From an uncultured Porphyromonadaceae bacterium (GTDB lineage: Bacteria > Bacteroidota > Bacteroidia > Bacteroidales > Muribaculaceae): a stretch of 64,000 bases of DNA. The DNA lies in contig CABUIO010000009.1 in the NCBI GenBank assembly GCA_902491625.1, positions 1,412 through 65,411 of the forward strand, given 5' to 3'. Positions 59,692-64,000 of the stretch are shown piece by piece. The translations under genes were made by a program, and so were the position numbers. The notes under the pieces were generated by a model. That model saw only the letters and a list, made by a program, of their open reading frames with translations, was not told the origin of the DNA and did not search any database. Numbering within the stretch: the stretch's first letter is position 1; every line of letters starts with the position of its first letter.

Positions 59692-60261
59692 ATGTCTAAG
59701 ACCAAGAAAATAGCTGTCTATTGCAGCTCGGCGCCCGACCTTCCCGCCGATCTCAAGGAAACCGCCGTTGAACTCGGACGTCAAATCGGCCGCCTCGGCT
59801 GCACCCTCATCTACGGCGGCGTCAATGCCGGACTGATGCACGACGTCGCCCTCGGAGCCTCCGAGACAGGAGCCGAGATCGTCGGTGTTATTCCCGAATT
59901 TTTCATGCACCGCGCCGATCTGCTCTGCACGACCGTGATCGCGACCTCCGACCTCACCGACCGCAAGGCGCGCATGATCAACGAAGCCGACATCTTCGTG
60001 GTGCTTCCCGGAGGCCTCGGAACCATCGACGAGTGGGTCTCCACAGCATCTCAGATCATGGCCTCGCGTGTCTGCGACGAATCCTGCCGGCGCCCGATCG
60101 TGGTCTACAACCGCGAAGGAATGTTCGACCATATGATCGCGCAGTTCGCCGCCACCAACAGCGGCATCTTCTCGCGCGGCCGCCATGCCGACGCAGGGAT
60201 AATCGCCTCGACACCGCAGGAGCTTTTCGACACACTCGCATCATTGACGACCCGGAATTGA
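59692..60261 (+). CDS. LOG family protein (TIGR00730-like)
   Basis: VYCSS, YGG..GLM, RKARM and LPGGLGTIDE motifs. Confidence 0.85.
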   Translation: MSKTKKIAVYCSSAPDLPADLKETAVELGRQIGRLGCTLIYGGVNAGLMHDVALGASETGAEIVGVIPEFFMHRADLLCTTVIATSDLTDRKARMINEADIFVVLPGGLGTIDEWVSTASQIMASRVCDESCRRPIVVYNREGMFDHMIAQFAATNSGIFSRGRHADAGIIASTPQELFDTLASLTTRN

Positions 60262-60439
60262 TGTTTTAACTATTTTTATGTTGTCAAACATAAATTTTCC
60301 CAACACACACTCCGCAAATTATTGCTAACTTTGCGCCCGATAACGGCAGAGACGCAATATTCTTACATGTTAACTACGGAATCGGCACTCTGATTCTCCA
60401 TATGTCCTGCCGCGACAGATACAAATAGGCTCGAAAGTC

Positions 60440-61924
60440 ATGAAAAATCTCAAGCTATCCCTGCTGGCATTGCTGACAGTCGCTTCCGCTGCATCTGCGG
60501 CCGATATGCCCGCAGACATCCAGCAGGCAAACATATTCCACTGCTTCAACTGGAAATTCAACGACATACGTGTGGAACTCCCGCGCATCGCCGCCGCAGG
60601 ATTCGGTGCCATTCAGGTCTCGCCTGTACAGGGCAACGCCGCCACAAACGCCGAATGGTTCTATGCCTACCTTCCCGACGACTTCGCCTTCATCCCCAAC
60701 GGCAACGGCACACGCAGCCAGCTGAAGAATCTCTGTGCCGAGGCCGAGGACTACGGCATCAAGATCATAGTCGACGTGGTGGCCAACCACATCAACCCCA
60801 AGGTCGGATTCCGCGACGCCTGGTGGGACGAGCCGGGACGTCTCCGCAATGAGGGCGCCGTAAACTACAACAGCCGCAGCTCAATAATACACGGTAATCT
60901 CGGCAAATATCTCGACGTCAATTCCGAGCTTCCTGAAGTACAGGAACGGGCCAAAGCCTTCATCGAGGATCTTGCGTCCCTGGGTGTGAAAGGCATCCGC
61001 TGGGACGCTGCCAAGCACATCGGCCTCCCCTCCGAGGACTGCGCCTTCTGGTCGAAGATGGCCGAGGTCGAAGGACTTTATTTCTATGGCGAAGTGCTTG
61101 ACAATCCTGGCACTAACGCAGACTCGGAATGGAAAGTCATGAATGAGTACACCGACTATATGTCGGTCACCGACAACGGTCTGGCCAACAAGCTCCGCAT
61201 CCAGTTCCAGTCCGGAAAGATGCCCTCCGTCACATCTTATCTGGCCAAGCCGAAGGCCGACGGAGGCCCTGGCATAGCCGCCGACAGACTCATATACTGG
61301 GGCGAGAGCCACGACGAGTTTGCCAATCAGGGTGGCGCCACGAAATTTATGTCGCAGCAGGTGATCGACAGAGTCTATCTCATGTCCGCCTGCCGCAAGG
61401 ATGCCGCCGCAGTCTATCTGTCGCGTCCGCTCAAGACCGGCTACAACGACATCAAGATGGGAGTCAAAGGCTCTACCGCCGGACTTGAGAACAAGGCTGT
61501 CGCAGAGGTCAACAAATATCGTGTCAACACTCTCGGCGTGGCCGAGAGCGATGCCGTAAGCTTCGGTTCAACCGGCTATTATGTCAACGCGCGCAAAAAC
61601 ACCGCCGCATTCATCATGCTCCCGATGCAGATGGCCGGCGACGTGGCTGTGCCCAATCCTGACAGCGCGATTCCCGACGGCAAATACACCGACGTGATCG
61701 ACGGCGGAGAGTTCACCGTCGCCGCAGGCAAGATCTCCGGCCATGTCGGCTCCTCCGGAGCTGCGGTCTTCTACGTCAACGATCCCTCCGGCATCGAAGG
61801 CATCGGAACCGGCGAAACCGCCACTCCCGAATACTACACTGTCTCAGGCATCCGTGTGGCCAGTCCCGACAAAGGCGTCTATATCAAGGTGCAAGGGACA
61901 AAACGCACCAAAGTCGTGTTCTGA
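60440..61924 (+). CDS. Secreted GH13 alpha-amylase with short C-terminal sorting-like domain
   Basis: Signal peptide, DVVANH, GIRWDAAKHI, YGEVL and ESHDE catalytic triad; tail EYYTVSGIRV..P.KGVYI. Confidence 0.88.
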   Translation: MKNLKLSLLALLTVASAASAADMPADIQQANIFHCFNWKFNDIRVELPRIAAAGFGAIQVSPVQGNAATNAEWFYAYLPDDFAFIPNGNGTRSQLKNLCAEAEDYGIKIIVDVVANHINPKVGFRDAWWDEPGRLRNEGAVNYNSRSSIIHGNLGKYLDVNSELPEVQERAKAFIEDLASLGVKGIRWDAAKHIGLPSEDCAFWSKMAEVEGLYFYGEVLDNPGTNADSEWKVMNEYTDYMSVTDNGLANKLRIQFQSGKMPSVTSYLAKPKADGGPGIAADRLIYWGESHDEFANQGGATKFMSQQVIDRVYLMSACRKDAAAVYLSRPLKTGYNDIKMGVKGSTAGLENKAVAEVNKYRVNTLGVAESDAVSFGSTGYYVNARKNTAAFIMLPMQMAGDVAVPNPDSAIPDGKYTDVIDGGEFTVAAGKISGHVGSSGAAVFYVNDPSGIEGIGTGETATPEYYTVSGIRVASPDKGVYIKVQGTKRTKVVF

Positions 61925-61985
61925 CAATTCTCAAGACTTACATAAATCAATTTATTAACTAAATCATTTTTACATTTTTACAAGT

Positions 61986-62849
61986 ATGAAAAAAGCTTTA
62001 CTTTTTCTCGCAGGCCTGACAATGGCCACTTCCGCCTTCGCAGGCGTTGACAAACTCTATGGCATCGGCCAGATCCCCGAGTGGGGCGACTTTTCCGGTC
62101 CTACAGTCGGTAAGGAACTTGAAAAGACAGCCGACGGCGTCTTCACATGGTCAGGCACTATCGAAAAGACCGCTTACTTCGGTTTCGCATCCGAGCTGGG
62201 AACATGGGATGCCATCAACTCCCATCGTTTCGGTCCCACTGTAAAGGACGCTCCCGCTGTTGTCGGCGACAACACAATGGCTGCCAATGTTGACGCTTCC
62301 TGGAAAATCAATCCCGGAAAGTACACCTTCACAATCGACACAAACGAAATGGTGCTCAAAATTGTCGAGAACGGATCTGTAGAGCAGGTAATCACTTACT
62401 GCATCCACGGTCAGCTCGACGGTCTCACCGCCACCGACTGGAAAGACTATGAGCTCACAGCAGAGAACGACGACCTCTGGACAGCTACTATCACTCCCAC
62501 AGTTTCCGGCGGCGAGTTCGGCGTTCAGCAGAAAGTCAACGGCGGTAACTCCGACTGGTATGCTGCAGGTGTTTCCTTCGACGCTGCAAACACGACTTTC
62601 GCTCTCACCGGCGAGCCTGCAGGCAACTGCACATTCGACGGCACGGCAAACAAGGAATACAAGTTCTCCTTCGTTCCCTCCACAAAGACTCTGACCGTCA
62701 CCGAGGTTACATCCGTTGACACAATCGGCATCGACAACAACGCTCCCGCCGAGTACTACAACCTCCAGGGCGTTCGCGTAAGCAATCCCGAGAAAGGTCT
62801 CTACATCGTTCGTCAGGGCGACAAAGTCTCCAAGCAGGTGATCCGCTAA
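61986..62849 (+). CDS. Secreted protein with two SusE/SusF-like starch-binding Ig domains and C-terminal sorting-like domain
   Basis: Signal peptide, two Trp-rich beta domains (G..W...GVFTW...GKYTFTID) and tail EYYNLQGVRV.NP.KGLYIVRQG; follows the amylase. Confidence 0.6.
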   Translation: MKKALLFLAGLTMATSAFAGVDKLYGIGQIPEWGDFSGPTVGKELEKTADGVFTWSGTIEKTAYFGFASELGTWDAINSHRFGPTVKDAPAVVGDNTMAANVDASWKINPGKYTFTIDTNEMVLKIVENGSVEQVITYCIHGQLDGLTATDWKDYELTAENDDLWTATITPTVSGGEFGVQQKVNGGNSDWYAAGVSFDAANTTFALTGEPAGNCTFDGTANKEYKFSFVPSTKTLTVTEVTSVDTIGIDNNAPAEYYNLQGVRVSNPEKGLYIVRQGDKVSKQVIR

Positions 62850-63041
62850 GTAACTCGCAAAAAATAGATGATACATATTTGCGAAGGATTTTTGAGGAGT
62901 TTAGTCGGATGAGCGAAGGAGTGTAGCGGGCTACATGACTGAGCGAGAACGACTAAAGCGCCAAAAAGACGAGCAAAGATGTGTCAGAAATATGAGTTAC
63001 CAGACTTGCTTCAAAATTAACTATTTTTTAAGAGATACTTA
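62847..63041 (+). mobile_element. ~195-bp TA-flanked palindromic MITE-like repeat, copy 2
   Basis: TAAGTAACTC...GAGATACTTA termini; homologous to 37289-37481; begins in the TAA stop of the upstream gene. Confidence 0.8.
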
Positions 63042-63072
63042 ATTCCACATTCTACATAACCACATAACAATC

Positions 63073-63116
63073 AAGCCGCAGACTGCTTCTGGCAATCTGC
63101 GGCTTAGCCTTTTTTT
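63073..63116 (+). terminator. Intrinsic terminator
   Basis: AAGCCGCAGA...TCTGCGGCTT stem followed by a T run. Confidence 0.7.
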
Positions 63117-63150
63117 CAATTCGTCTTAATGTAAAGGGTTGCGCCCAAAC

Positions 63151-63174
63151 GTAGGGCTGCACCATGGTGCAGCC
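63151..63174 (+). repeat. GTAG-type REP-like palindrome
   Basis: GTAG followed by the perfect 20-bp palindrome GGCTGCACCATGGTGCAGCC. Confidence 0.5.
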
Positions 63175-63212
63175 GCGCTACGCACTACTATGGCGCGACC
63201 TTGCCGTGCCTA

Positions 63213-63728
63213 TTACTCTGACAGTGCGGCGGTCTGGGTGTATGTGCGGCCGGCAAGCTCCTTGTCGAGCATGTACATGCCGTATTTGTTGCCCTCCACT
63301 GCCTCGACTGCGTCGATCATGCCGCGTGCGGTATCCTCCTCCTCGACCTGCTCGTTGACAAACCACATCATTCTGTTGATCGATGCGAAATCATTGTCCT
63401 TGTGTGCGATGGCGGTCAGATTATTGATCATTGCGGTCACCTTCTTCTCATGCTCAAGTGTCTGCTTGAACATGTCGAGCACACTCGGCCACTCCGTAGG
63501 CACGCTGTCGATGGCCTCAAGCTCGACCTTGGCGTCCTGAGAGCTCAGATAGTTCATCAGGATGCGGGCGTGATCCTGCTCCTCGTTGAACTGTACCTTA
63601 AACCAGTTGGCCACTCCGGGATGTCCCTTGTGCTGGGCGTCCATTCCCATCGACAGATACAGATATGCCGACCAGAGTTCGGCGTTGATCTGCTTGTTGA
63701 TGGCGTCATGCAATTCCTTGCTTATCAT
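63213..63728 (-). CDS. ftnA: Non-heme ferritin
   Basis: INKQINAELWSAYLYLSM, EEQDHA, EHEKKVT and WFVNEQVEEE ferroxidase motifs. Confidence 0.93.
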   Translation of the reverse strand: MISKELHDAINKQINAELWSAYLYLSMGMDAQHKGHPGVANWFKVQFNEEQDHARILMNYLSSQDAKVELEAIDSVPTEWPSVLDMFKQTLEHEKKVTAMINNLTAIAHKDNDFASINRMMWFVNEQVEEEDTARGMIDAVEAVEGNKYGMYMLDKELAGRTYTQTAALSE

Positions 63729-63849
63729 AGTTAGTTTCTTTTTTGGTTGTGTTGTAATAACCCACAAAATTAATAAATTCCTCCGAGAAGACAATCCCGC
63801 CGGAAAAGTTAATTTGTCTGTCACGCGAAATTTTTCTATTTTTGCATTG

Positions 63850-64000
63850 ATGCGCAACGACATGCTCAACAAATATATCTGGATCGTCGACACGATCACT
63901 TCCCGGGGACGTCTCACCCGACATGAGCTGAACGACCTCTGGGAACGCTCGGCGCTCTACGACGGACGTCCGATTCCACACCGCACCTTCTTCAACTACC
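63850..64000 (+). CDS. N-terminus of a probable WYL-domain transcriptional regulator (truncated by window edge)
   Basis: MRNDMLNKYIWIVDTITSRGRLTRHELNDLWERSALYDGRPIPHRTFFNY resembles the wHTH N-terminus of Bacteroidales WYL proteins; not in the ORF track. Confidence 0.7.
   Translation, partial: MRNDMLNKYIWIVDTITSRGRLTRHELNDLWERSALYDGRPIPHRTFFNY

Overview
Chromosomal window from a GC-rich Bacteroidales genome, most likely Muribaculaceae-like. This is an inference from the TAnnTTTG promoters, T9SS genes and C-terminal sorting tails. Most of it is housekeeping: tRNA-Ser, bioB, rex, parE, coaD, S41 protease, frameshifted prfB, pheS, nth, sufCDS, ispF, carAB, two tRNA-Asn and ferritin. It also carries T9SS genes (two porU-like sortases, porV), three separated surface-polysaccharide blocks including a nonulosonic-acid cluster, and a secreted amylase with a starch-binding partner. 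Small accessory modules sit between core genes: (1) a DUF3791-DUF3990-DUF3791 ART-like toxin/antitoxin candidate; (2) an AlbA_2/Schlafen-HATPase-HTH gene whose start is out of frame at an A_AAA_AAG slippery site; (3) an Abi_2/AbiF-like HEPN gene behind a structured leader bounded by inverted promoter boxes (candidate RNA antitoxin); (4) a Y1 HUH transposase (RAYT-like) inside 54-bp perfect inverted repeats; (5) two copies of a ~195-bp TA-flanked ERIC-like MITE. Product calls come from motif recognition only; no database search was run.
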